A stretch of 63,161 bases of DNA, the filler included, from Octopus bimaculoides (lineage: Eukaryota): assembly GCF_001194135.2 (NCBI RefSeq). It is 5 parts of 5 records of this genome, joined end to end, with 100 filler letters (N's around TTAATTAATTAA, not from the genome) between each part and the next. Parts side by side here need not be neighbours in the genome. Positions count along the whole stretch, not along the records: positions 42,355 to 56,969 come from NC_068982.1; positions 57,070 to 61,974 come from NC_068996.1; positions 62,075 to 63,161 come from NW_026360417.1; 2 more parts are not named here. One strand, written 5' to 3'. Shown here in pieces: positions 51,399-63,161 of this stretch (its first letter is position 1; each line of letters begins with the position of its first letter). The notes under the pieces are model-generated. The model made no database searches and was not told where the DNA came from. It saw nothing but the letters and a program-made list of their open reading frames with translations. The position numbers and the translations under genes were made by a program.

Positions 51399-52241
51399 AT
51401 ATNNNNNNNNNNNNNNNNNNNNNNNNNNNNNNNNNNNNNNNNNNNNNNNNNNNNNNNNNNNNNNNNNNNNNNNNNNNNNNNNNNNNNNNNNNNNNNNNNN
51501 NNNNNNNNNNNNNNNNNNNNNNNNNNNNNNNNNNNNNNNNNNNNNNNNNNNNNNNNNNNNNNNNNNNNNNNNNNNNNNNNNNNNNNNNNNNNNNNNNNNN
51601 NNNNNNNNNNNNNNNNNNNNNNNNNNNNNNNNNNNNNNNNNNNNNNNNNNNNNNNNNNNNNNNNNNNNNNNNNNNNNNNNNNNNNNNNNNNNNNNNNNNN
51701 NNNNNNNNNNNNNNNNNNNNNNNNNNNNNNNNNNNNNNNNNNNNNNNNNNNNNNNNNNNNNNNNNNNNNNNNNNNNNNNTAGTTAAATATCTTTGAATGA
51801 TATATTTCTTGAATAACATTTCTTAGAATGGTTGCTAAGACTGCCTCAATGCAATCTAAAAACATAATACTTCTTTCCTTTCACTGAAAGTCTAACTTTG
51901 AAAAAAAATAGGATGAATTTTATATTTAATTAACCTATTTTGTTTTTTCCTTCTCCCCCACCCTGTGATCTACACAAATATTTAATCTAAAGCATCATTT
52001 TGTTTACAGAAACTAAAGAAATGTGTTTTTATCAATTGAAAAGCATAGTGCTAATTTTGATTTCTCTATTATTTTCAAGAAAGTGTGTTTTCCTTTTTTT
52101 TTTCTTTTTTTTTTTCTGAGAGATAGTCTTCTGTCCTGCAGACAGGTTTAGCCTATATCCCTTCAAAGTGAATATATTAAATTCTGTATAAATGAATATG
52201 AATTCCCTATGCTCAAACAAATGCCTTACCTTGTATCACAG

Positions 52242-52301
52242 GATTTTGTTTCACTTCATAATCGAGTGGTCTTCAGGCAGTTTCAGACATCATGTCTTAT
52301 A
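52242..52301 (+). CDS. Coding exon (20 codons), PX-like helix 1
   Basis: ccttaccttgtatcacag|GAT ... ATA|gtatga; 60 nt, phase 0/0, open: DFVSLHNRVVFRQFQTSCLI. Confidence 0.65.
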
Positions 52302-53822
52302 GTATGAGATGTATATCTACCTTTCACCTTTTACCTGTTATCTTTTACTTGTTTCAGTCATTAGTCTGTGGCCATGCTGGGGCATTGCCTTGAAGAAATT
52401 TTTAGTTGAATGAATCAACCCTAGTACTTATTTTTTAAAGCCTGGTACTTATTCTATTGATATCTTTTGCTGGACTGCTAAGTTACAGAAATGAAAACAC
52501 ACCAAAACAGATTGTCAAGCAGTGGTGGGGGACAAACAAGGATACAACCCCCCCCACACACACACACACATACATACATACACACACGCACACAAACACA
52601 CACACACACACACATATGTATACGACTAGCTTCTTTCAGTTTCTGTCTACCAAATCCCCTCACAAGGCTTTGGTCAGCTTGAGGTTATAGTAGAAGACCA
52701 TGGGACCGAATACTACCTATGAATATGAGTTCAATTATAACATATCTGATATGATTTGTAAAATACCATTTTAGGTTCCTTATCACAAAATGTGTTATTC
52801 ATAACTAAGATCATAAAATTTACCATTAAGATTAGAAATATTTGTATGGATTCTAGCGTTGATGTTGGAAAGACTAAGTTAGAAATGTATGGGTTGATAG
52901 CTGTCCACATGTATAAATTTTAGCACCATTCTCTTTTCTCTTAAAGTCTAATTTATGAGGATTTTTGATATCTCCACTAATCTGATTTTCTTTCTTATAT
53001 TCATGTGTGTTTTTGTATTATGTATATCTTCATTTTGAAAATATTATCAGTAACTTTAATCATATTTTTGAAAATCTATGTAATGTTTCAAGTTTTGTTT
53101 AGCCATTGCTTGTATATAGGAATATTGTCACAAAAATTATTCCTTCATTTTGTCAAATGAATATAACTAAAAGAAAATCTTTCAAAGATTTGCAACATTT
53201 ATTGATTAAGAGATAGTATTAAATTCAATTTATTTAATTGCTGTTGCAATATCTTCCTCATATAAAAAAGTATTAAGTGATAAGTTGTGCATCATTTTGT
53301 TTTGTGGAGAACGTTTTTTTAGTATTTATTTTTAAAAACTGTTTTCTTCTCTCCAACAAAATTTCACTTACACTGTATGAGAGAGGATTCACCTGTCTTT
53401 TCCTTTGGTTCTCTTTGAGGATTCTCTGCATTAGCGTTCTGGTTTTTTAGTAAGATTATGACATTAGTTATTTGTTTGCAAGATTCTTAGAAATTTTTCA
53501 TTTTATAAAAAGATCTTTCTGTTTGCCATATGCATTTGTAGAACTTCTTAACATTATTTTACTAAGTTCAAGATTTTGACAATTGTATTTTTGATTTTGT
53601 TCCCCAAATTAGGTTGTTGAAAGTGTAACAGTTGAACATGTGTTGTGACAAGTGGAATAACATTATAGATAAATTTTCTCTCTTATTTATTGAAATGTTT
53701 TGGATAATTCCTTATTTTCAACAAGAGCAAAAATCATTAAAAGTTTTAATTTTAGAAAAAAATCTTAAAAAAAAATATAATGTAAATTTATCTAATTCTA
53801 ACTGCTTTATTTATTTTCACAG

Positions 53823-53926
53823 ATTCCTGCTAAACCATCTCTGCTGGAAGCTGATCTCAAAGCACCCGATACTAATAAGGCATATATAGCTCTTTGTACT
53901 GTGAAGATGTTACAGGAGCAGTTAGT
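53823..53926 (+). CDS. Coding exon (104 nt), PX-like proline loop and helix 2
   Basis: tttattttcacag|ATT ... TTA GT|gtaagt; phase 0/2, open: IPAKPSLLEADLKAPDTNKAYIALCTVKMLQEQL. Confidence 0.75.
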
Positions 53927-54207
53927 GTAAGTGTAGCTTATTATAGTCAAATGAAATCTGCAATTTTTCTGGAAAGACCTTCATGACATACTCAGCATAA
54001 ACTTATATCAAAGGGTAAAGAAAAGAAACCTGATTATCCCAAATACTGTGAAATAAGGCTGTTGTTCAGTACTTGGTCGATTTTTGCAAGAATGCTGCCA
54101 AATAGATTTGTATCTGACATTCTTAAATATCAACTTCCTCAGAGTCAGTGTAGTTTTGAAACTAATGAAGTCTTACCGACATGGTCTTTGTACTAAAGTA
54201 AACTTAA

Positions 54208-54402
54208 CCTATTAGCATTCAGATTACTCTGTCAAATGTTATGCTTATTTATTCACATTGTTTTTAATTAATCATGCATTATCTTATAGCTTTGAGACTT
54301 CAATGACATTATAGGGTAGGTATAAGAGGCAGGATCTAGTCAGTTTGAATTAAAACAGGTAGAATATTTAGGCTGGATATAGCCACTTTAAATGCTAAAG
54401 GG
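54208..54402. mobile_element. piggyBac-like MITE, copy 2
   Basis: TTAA on both sides, inverted ends cctattagcatt / aatgctaaaggg. Confidence 0.75.
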
Positions 54403-56853
54403 TTAAGATGAATAGTTTTATGCATTAATTGAGATGATCATATAACCAATGGATTCAATAATTATAAGAGAGGAATATGTTGGAAAGCTAAACTGTTCAC
54501 TGGTGTTTCTTCAAATAATTACTTAGTTTCATGATTACTGAATTAGTGATGACCTTTCCCAAATCCTTTCTAGTTATAAATGGGCCAATAACATGATCAT
54601 GAAATAGCATTTCAAAGACATGCTGATGATGTAACTCTAATTGGTGATTTAGAAAAAAACTGCATAAAGAATGATTTTTTATTCTGCAGAAGCTGCTCAT
54701 TTCATTGGAGTACTTATAGTCAGCATGGAGGATATTAAATTACTATCCGTTTTCATATTTGCATGATTTACAGAGCTACAAATAGTAAATCAATTTAGAT
54801 AACTTTAAGAAAATATATCAATGTTACATTTCTCAAATATAGTGTCTTTGTATCTTTTTTTTAAAAAAAGGAACTAATATTTTAATTCGTATGAAATAAA
54901 TTTTGGGGAATTTCTCTTTCTGAAATTTTCATTGTTGTAATTATGTTTATTGCCAAACCATTCTTGGAGTTATGTTATATGGTTTACACTAGGTAAATGC
55001 TGTTCTTAAAGAGTAACATTAATGCCATGTGAATACTATGGTCACAGCCCTTTTCTTTAGACCTCACTCAACAAAATATAGGGTTTAATAGAACATTCAG
55101 CCTTTAAAATATTTGATATAACTCCCTTTCTGGAGACATTAGAAACTAAAACTATTTAAGAATTTTAAATTCCATTTCCTTTGCTTCTAACAGTTTCGGT
55201 ATTTTAAGTCTTTTAAGTAAATAATTCTGAAACTGAGATATTTATTGCAAAAGATTTTTGGCATTTGTTCATACATTTTCTGTTACATTATTTTGGTGTC
55301 TCTCATCTCCTTCACATTTCTGAGCTAAGAACTTCAACTATTTGCTATAACACTTATTTTAGGATCGAGTATACTAACAAAATTGTCAAACTACTTAAAT
55401 CTTAATGTCTTTTAGTGGAATTATTATAAGTTTTGGACTGATGAATAAACAGAAGACATACAGAAAGAAGGAAAAATGTAAATGTAAAAAAAATGTAAAT
55501 GATAGTTTATCAACTTAGAGGCAATCATTTTGCTTCATATTTACAACACATACTTCCTTTGTTCTATGAACCACAGGACCGAGAAAATACTTTTCCTTTT
55601 TTGTATTATTATAATGCTCAAATACTTAGCATTTAAATTTTCCCATTAACCTCACTAACTCCCATCACGACTGTCTTATAAAATGAAAAGGCAACCATGA
55701 ACTATGAGTAATTTCTTTTCTCTCCCTGATAAAACGATTTATAAAACATACCCTTACACATATGGGATTTTCGACAGTGCTCTATTTGCAATTTATTGTA
55801 TACAGCGTTGCACAAGCAATCATCTTGGGAATTCAACTTGAAGCAAATTTATTGTAGGATGACATTTTTATTGCCAAACCATTTTCTAACAGTCTTGTGC
55901 GGTACTCTAGAGACATATGTCTTGTGCATATATTATTTCAGTTTTGTACACTTTAACTAATTTTTACTTTCTTGTTAGAAATCACTGTTTTCAACTGCTT
56001 GATATTTTTGGTGGATAAATGTCATTTGATCAGTTTTATATTTTAAAGTTGTTCATTTTTGTTTTCCTGTTGACTCAGGAACCCAGATGTATGAATACTA
56101 CTGTCATACAATTCCAGATTGATTAATTATAAATAGTTCTTACTGTTTGTATATAATTTGCATTAACATTAGCTGCATTAAAATAACCAGTCTGTGGTAG
56201 TTTAGCATTTTAATGTAACCTCCAAGAATTTGCTTGTATAACAACAAATTGACTTATGACTACAAATCTTTCTTTCAAATATTATGATTGATTTCATAAA
56301 CATATTCTATTGTCATCATGATCATGATTACATCAACTTCATTATAAAGGTTGTTTCTATGCTTTGAGTAGAAAGTTTTATTTACTACTTTCTGTTAGAA
56401 AATAGAAAAAGGTATTTGTTTGATCAATTTGAACTCATCATCTCTGTATATTCCTTATTTATTTTATTGATACTTAAGAGGGAAAAATTAATTCTCATGT
56501 AATATTTTAAAATGTAAATAATTTAATCTTTTTATCCATTATTTAAAACTTAACACTAAAAACTTAATTTTTTTAGCTTATATGAATTTATGAATAAGTT
56601 TAACACATTTAAACAATTATATTACTGGAAAGAAAATCAATAATTATCAGAAATCACAATAATTTTGTGACTTACTGAATTTATGTAGCAAAGTTCAAAT
56701 CAAATGAAAATATTTTCATTTGTGTCATTTTCTCTTTTGAGAGAATTTTACACAGGCACACAAGCATGCACACACACACACACACACACACACAGATACA
56801 TACATACATGCCTGTCTATATATATATTTATATATATATATATATATATATAT

Positions 56854-56969
56854 AAAGCAATTAAGAGTATGAAGACTGGGAAAGCCCCCGGCCCATCAGG
56901 AATCACTGCAGAGATGCTCAAAATATCTGGCAGTGTTGGCTATAGCCTAGTCACCCGTATTACGAACCA
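56854..56969 (+). mobile_element. RTE-like LINE RT fragment
   Basis: KAIKSMKTGKAPGPSGITAEMLK (start of RT); runs into a gap. Confidence 0.7.
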
Positions 56970-57092
56970 NNNNNNNNNNNNNNNNNNNNNNNNNNNNNNN
57001 NNNNNNNNNNNNNTTAATTAATTAANNNNNNNNNNNNNNNNNNNNNNNNNNNNNNNNNNNNNNNNNNNNTATATATATATATATTTGTATAA

Positions 57093-57314
57093 CCCTTTAG
57101 CATTCAGATGACTCTGTTAAATGTAATGCTTATTTATTCACATTGTTTTGAATTAATCATGTATTATCTCATAGCTTTGAGATTTCAATGGTTTGATTGC
57201 TTATTTTTAGTATGACATTGTAAGATAGGTGTGAGAGGCTGGACCTGGTCAGTTTGAACATAAAACAGGTAGAATATTTTGACCAGGTATATGGCTAGTT
57301 TAAATGCTAATGGG
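57093..57314. mobile_element. piggyBac-like MITE, copy 3
   Basis: ataa-ccctttagcatt...aatgctaatggg-ttaa. Confidence 0.75.
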
Positions 57315-57690
57315 TTAAATGACTTATCCTGCATCAGACCTTTCATTGCAGAGGTAAAAAAACCTCCATTTTTGTAGTTTCCTCACATTTAACATGTTGG
57401 TTCTCAGAGCATCATGGTAGTACGTTTGCACAATCCACATGACCCTCATGACTGAGAATTAATATATCCAACATTACATTATCCATAGTGTTCTTTTTTT
57501 TCTCTCTAAGATGGTAGCATGTGGTTTGAGGTAGATTTAGCTGCTATTTCTAGTACGTCTAGTGATTTGCCTCTCTAGAAACCCTTTCGTCAATTCTTTG
57601 ATGCCATGTCATTACCATTTCTGTTTACCAATTGTTCTTGCTGAATGCCTCTCACTCCATTCTGATCAAAATTTATTTGGGAACAGACCT

Positions 57691-57725
<35 letters not shown>

Positions 57726-59634
57726 AGTGATAATGATGACAATGATGATGCTGATGGTGGTGGTGGAAGTGGTTGAAGTGTTAGCAGTAATGGTGGTGTT
57801 GATGGTGGTAGTGGTGGTGGTGAGGGTAAATAATGAGGGTAAGTGATGAAGAGGAAGAGAAGGTGAGAAGGAGAAAGAAGAGGAAGTGAATGAAGAGGAG
57901 GGAATGAGGAGAGGAAGAGGAAAAAGGAGAAAGAGGAAAAGGAGAAAGAGGAAAAGGAGAAAGAGGTGGAGAAGGAGGAGGAGAAGGATGTAGAGTGATA
58001 TAATTTAGTAAACACCTGTGTACTATCAGACAATGTTTTTTTTCTAAAGCCTAATTGCAGGTAGATAGGTAGGCAGGTAAGCAGATGGATATGTTGGTAG
58101 GTAAGCAGATATGCAGGTAGGGAGGTAAGTAAGTAGGTGACTGTTTGGAAGACCTACCTAAATTCAATACAATATTTCTGTAAAGGCTTTCACAACTCGT
58201 TAATTACTTAATTAAAGGTAATACCTTAATCCAAGAAAGACAGTTCTGTAATTTCTTGCTAAACAACCTGCACATGACGATCTGATTATAATGATCAAAT
58301 GTTTGTGCCATACATTAGCTCAATTCCCATCTGGGAATTGAACCCTTGATCTCCCTATTGTAAGTGCGACACATGAACTGTTCGGCCATGCATCCTCTCA
58401 CACAACACATCGTTGCTTGTAAAAAAAAAAAGGAATTTCACAAATTCTTGTTTGTTAGATTCTCTCGTTAGTTGCAGTCATTGGAATGTGGTCATGCTGG
58501 AGCACAATCTTTCAAAGGTTTCATTGATCACATGGATCTTTGTATCTTAGAATCTATTGGAATTTGATACTGATTTTAGTAAGATCTGTTTGTCAAACTG
58601 CTAAGATAAGAGATATGAAGTGCTTAGACACAGACACAGACATGCACGCGCACACACACAACCACACACATACACACACAAAGGCAAACACAAAGCGACA
58701 CACAAACACGCACACATACATACACACTAACATTCCACACACTAACAAGTAAATAAATCAATAAATAAAGTAAATAAATAAATAAAATATGCAGATGCTG
58801 AAGATACATTCTTTCATTGTATTAATAACAGTTTTTAATTTAGGTACAAAACCGGCAATATTTTTGGTGGGGTGGAGTGGGCAGTTTAAGTCATTACCAT
58901 CAGCCCCTAAGTACTTTATTTTATCAACCCTAAACAATTAAAAAGTAAAGTTGACCTCAGTGAGATTTGAACACACAATGTAAAGTGTCACAATAAAATG
59001 CTACAGGGCCTCCCAACAATCTAAACTCAGTGTTTCTCAACCATATAAGATTTTGTTGTTAATCTTTATCTGCAATAAATTGTTTATACTTCTATAATAC
59101 ACAAAATAATCTAACAATTTTTTTATATATAATTCCTAAAAAAATGGTAAAGACTCTCTTTGGTCATGAATGGTGAAGGAATTGAACTCACTACTTCATG
59201 ATTGTGAGCCTGATGCTCTAACAAATGAGCCATGCCCATTCACACACACATACACACGTGCATACACACATGCACACACTCGTGTGTGCACACACATACA
59301 CACATGTGCACACACACATACACATACAAAAAAAAGGGTAAAGACCCCCTTTGGCCATGAATGACCATGGGATTGCACCTAGAAAGCTCCCTTCCAGTGC
59401 ACGAGTCCAGGCAGGGTTGTTTATGGAAGACCAGCATACCGTCCTCCCCTCTCCAGACCACCGATGTCATCCAAGGGAAAGGCAAATGCTGATACAGCTT
59501 GGCACCAGTGACATCACAATCATTTCTGGAGCAATGTGAAATAAAGTGTCTTGCTCAAGAACAAAACATACAGCTTGGTCTAGGAATTGAACTCACTACC
59601 ACATGATTGTGAGCCCGATGCTCTAACCACTTTT

Positions 59635-59829
59635 ACTCTTTTAATTTGTTTCAGTCATTTGACTGCAGCCATGTTGGAGCACTACCTTTAGTTGAGCAAA
59701 TCGACCCCAGGACTTATTCTTTGTAAGTCTAGTACTTATTCTATCGGTCTCTTTTGCCGAACTGCTAAGTTACGAGGACATAAACACACTAGCATCAGTT
59801 GTCAAGTGATGTTGGGGGTACAAACACAG

Positions 59830-59870
<41 letters not shown>

Positions 59871-60030
59871 TACGACGGTCTTCTTTCAGTTTCTGTCTAC
59901 CAAATCCACTCACAAGGCTTTGGTCAACCCGAGGTTATAGTAGAAGACACTTGCCCAAGGTGCCACGCAGTGAGACTGAACCCGGAACCATGTGGTTGGT
60001 AAGCAAGCTACTTACCACACAGCCACTCCT
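59635..60030 (-). mobile_element. SINE S2, complete copy
   Basis: Head, (TA/CA)n core and 3' module all present; a similar copy lies at about 52335-52700(-). Confidence 0.8.
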
Positions 60031-60482
60031 ACACCTATATAATATTTCCTAATATTTAACTATAAAAATATAATAGGATTTTTTGAAACCTATAAGTGAA
60101 ATAGGAATGAAACAGAGGGGTACATAGGTGAAAAACAAATAGTTGAGAACCACAGTTCTAACAGCTCTGATAGCTCACTGTCCGTTTGTCTTATAATGGT
60201 AAAAATAAGTCTTAGAGCATAATCTATATCAATAGACTCCAGTAATTTTTGTTGTTGCTTTTAGTTGTTCTTTTTTGTCTTGAGAATTTTAATAATGGAT
60301 AATTGGAAATATAAGAAACAGACATGTTAGTTATGTAAGATCTGCTTTGTTCTGGAAATTTCAAAAACTGAGGAAGAACATGAAGACATCTGCACCTGCA
60401 GACTGCAAGAAAGAAGTATATCAATTTTTTTTTACACTTTCTTTCTTTCTTTCTTTTCTTTTCTTTTCTTTATCTTTTTGAG

Positions 60483-60564
60483 AAAATTGTCTGGATTCTT
60501 TGAACAAGCAGAGTGTGAGTATATAAGACGGTACTTATTAAAGAAAATAGACGAGTGTAACTAA
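60483..60564 (+). CDS. Probable terminal coding exon ending the PX-like domain
   Basis: About 50 nt pyrimidine tract then ttgag| at 60483. Phase 2 entry matches the previous exon and gives (V)KLSGFFEQAECEYIRRYLLKKIDECN then TAA at 60562-60564. Confidence 0.6.
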
Positions 60565-60689
60565 TTAGCAAGAAACAGGATTTACTTGTTAAATAATAAG
60601 ATGCTCAGCTCAGTATAGATGAAGATTTAATTGAAACAATTGTTGGTATCTTGTTAATGGCTATGATGTCAGGAGTGCTTTTGTGGTAG

Positions 60690-61750
60690 GGGTGGTGGTG
60701 GTGGTAGTAGAGGCAGGGTTAGTGTTAAGACCAGCAAAACAATGACAAATGATGATGATGATGATGATGACAGTGATAACAGTGATAACAGTGATGACTA
60801 TGACAATGATGATGACAATTTTTGAGAAAATGACAATGGTGGTGAAATGATGATGGTAATGATGATGACGATGACGACGACGACGACGACGATGATGACG
60901 ATAATGATGATGATGATGATGATGAGGATGCTGATGGTGATTGTGGTGGTGATGGAGACGATGACAATGACATCAACAACAACAACAACAACAATGGCAA
61001 TGACAACGATCAATGGTAGGTGCTGATTCATAAATTGACGACTGTTGATTGATGATTGATGGATTGATTGACTGATTGGTTGATTGATTGATTGATTGAT
61101 TGATTGATAGTAATAATGACTATAAACATTTCCTTACACAAATTCTGGTCTTGTCTCTCAGCCCCGATCTCCTACCACCACTACCACCACCACCACCACC
61201 ACCACTACCACTACCACTACCACAACAACCACCAAATATATGAGTCTTAATCTCGGTGCAGATGAAATAAACAATATTCATAAATGGTACAGATTGAAAA
61301 TGCAGATATATCAATCAGTCACGTAATTGATGTAGAGAGAAGTGAGTATCTTTGATATTGGTATGTTGTGGAAGTAATATTGGCGATGTTAATGTCAGAA
61401 TTGATATTGGCACGAATGAAGAAGAAGGAGAAGAAGAAAGAGAAGAAGAAAGAGAAGAAGAAGAAGAAGAAGAAGAAAAAGAAGAAGAAGAAGGAGGAGG
61501 AGGAGGAGGAGGAGGAGGAGGAGGAGAAGAAGAAGAAGAAGAAGAAGAAGAAGAAGAAGAAGAAGAAGAAGAAGAAGAAGAACGAAGAAGAACGAAGAAA
61601 AAAAAGAAGAAGGAGAAGGAGGAGGAGAAAAAGAAGGAGAAGGAGGAGGAGGAGAAAAGGAAGAAGAAGAAGAAGAAGAAGAAGAAGAAGAAGAAGAAGA
61701 CAAAACAAAACAAAAACTAAAAAAAACAAATAAACAAACAAACAAAAAAT
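60690..61750. repeat. Compound triplet/tetranucleotide microsatellite block
   Basis: Successive GGT, GAT, GAC, CAA, GATT, CAC, GAA and GGA arrays; a similar smaller block lies at 57690-57985. Confidence 0.9.
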
Positions 61751-61883
61751 AATTATTACATCTGGGAAATAGATATTGGTTATAATGGAACTGGAAGAAA
61801 TGGATATGAGTAATATTGTTTTCTTATGCATACACACACACATGAGTGTGCGTGTATGCACATGTATGAGTGTGTGTATGAGT

Positions 61884-61928
<45 letters not shown>

Positions 61929-62383
61929 TATATGTATATACACATATGCACATATATATATTTACATATATATANNNNNNNNNNNNNNNNNNNNNNNNNN
62001 NNNNNNNNNNNNNNNNNNTTAATTAATTAANNNNNNNNNNNNNNNNNNNNNNNNNNNNNNNNNNNNNNNNNNNNGGGGTCGATTTGCTCGACTAAAGGTG
62101 GTGCTCCAGCTTGGCCGCAGTCAAGTGACTGAAACAAGTAAAAGAGTAGAAGAGTATTCAAAAGAATTCCAAGTCTGTTTTTTTACGTTTTATTTATATT
62201 CTTATAAAATTAATGTGGGATATAGAATATGGAATATATAGTATACATAGTAAAATGAAATGAAGTATTGGATGTCTTATTGAATAAATGAAATATTGAA
62301 TATTGAATATATAAGGACATGTATATTAAATATATATATGTATGTGTATATACATATATACATACATGTACATTTATACGTGT

Positions 62384-62431
<48 letters not shown>

Positions 62432-62520
62432 TCGTCTGAAAGTCAATAAATCAGGCAAACATGAGTCGCATATCTGTCAGTACAGTGGGGATATTATCTG
62501 ACGTGTACAGTCCTATATAT

Positions 62521-62620
62521 CCATTACGACCGATCTTTCCAGTCGGTTTCGCGCTAGGGATTTAACGGAGTATTAGGTAACAATCCGATTACGTGACTCT
62601 GCGCTCGTCAGAGGTAGCCG
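62521..62620 (-). ncRNA. Hammerhead ribozyme-like motif with intact core
   Basis: Minus strand CTGACGA-GCGC[46 nt]GCGC-GAAA-CCGA[9 nt]TCG-GTC; stems II and III pair perfectly, stem I pairs poorly. Confidence 0.55.
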
Positions 62621-62862
62621 ATCTGCGCAAACCGGATGTATCTGTTCACTTCCAACGATAGAGAGCAGTCGCCATATTAACAAGTAGTTAGCGTGAAAAA
62701 CCTCATAAGGGAAAAATTTATTAATTATTCCCTATAAATATATTTATTTATATTAAGGTCCTTACTATACATTTATGTATAGTAATGCCCTTAATATAAA
62801 TGAAAAAAAAAATATATATATATATATGCATATATATAATCATATAATCCTTTCTATCTGAA

Positions 62863-63050
62863 GCGTAAGGCCTCAAATTTGAGGGGAGGGGATGAGTCGA
62901 CCAAATCAACCCCAGTGTTTCACTGGTACCTAATTTATCGACTCAGAAAGGATAAAAGGCAAAGTCGACCTCGGCATAATTTGAACTCAGAACGTAGCGG
63001 CAGGCGAAAGAATCTCATCCTGCGTTCTAATGATTCAGCTGGCGCACCAA
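62863..63050 (-). mobile_element. SINE S1, CpG-retaining copy
   Basis: aaaggcaaagtcgacctcggc...gaactcagaacgtagcgg. Other partial copies at about 35930-36215, 38014-38092, 41447-41560 and 58840-59010. Confidence 0.7.
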
Positions 63051-63161
63051 TTCATTCCATCATGTAATAATGTGTGATAATATAGAACCGTACATTCGTT
63101 TTTGAAACACTGTTGGAAAACAACGTTTAGCTACATGTATATTATGTCTCTCCCCCTTCTC

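Noticed and set aside
52123-52167. Candidate 45-nt exon IVFCPADRFSLYPFK
   Set aside because: Needs the second AG after the pyrimidine tract and a weak donor, and would interrupt the contiguous KHQ-DFVSLH PX-like motif.
128-62501. Many ORFs rich in YI/CV/HT or poly-N/I/L/S/E/K/X
   Set aside because: Translations of microsatellites or N gaps.

Overview
AT-rich, microsatellite-dense, gapped eukaryotic genomic DNA. The repeat landscape suggests an octopus/coleoid cephalopod scaffold (inference). I see no rRNA, intact tRNA or CRISPR array. About 1-42 kb holds mostly transposon relics: seven 5'-truncated R4/Dong-like (RLE) non-LTR retrotransposon copies from about four families, all anchored in (TAA)n tracts, including a four-element head-to-tail train at 15.4-18.4 kb. 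It also has a decayed L1/Tx1-like LINE, CR1-like and Penelope-like fragments, several tRNA-derived SINE families, Tc1/mariner-type elements and fold-back MITEs, and two of three hammerhead-ribozyme-like motifs (the third is at 62.5 kb). About 44-60.6 kb holds a + strand spliced gene not evident from the ORF track. Five phase-compatible exons encode a Lys/Ala/Thr/Glu repeat region followed by a divergent PX-like domain. Repeats inside this interval show strong CpG decay relative to sister copies outside it, consistent with gene-body methylation. All alignments and folds were done by eye; no database search was run.
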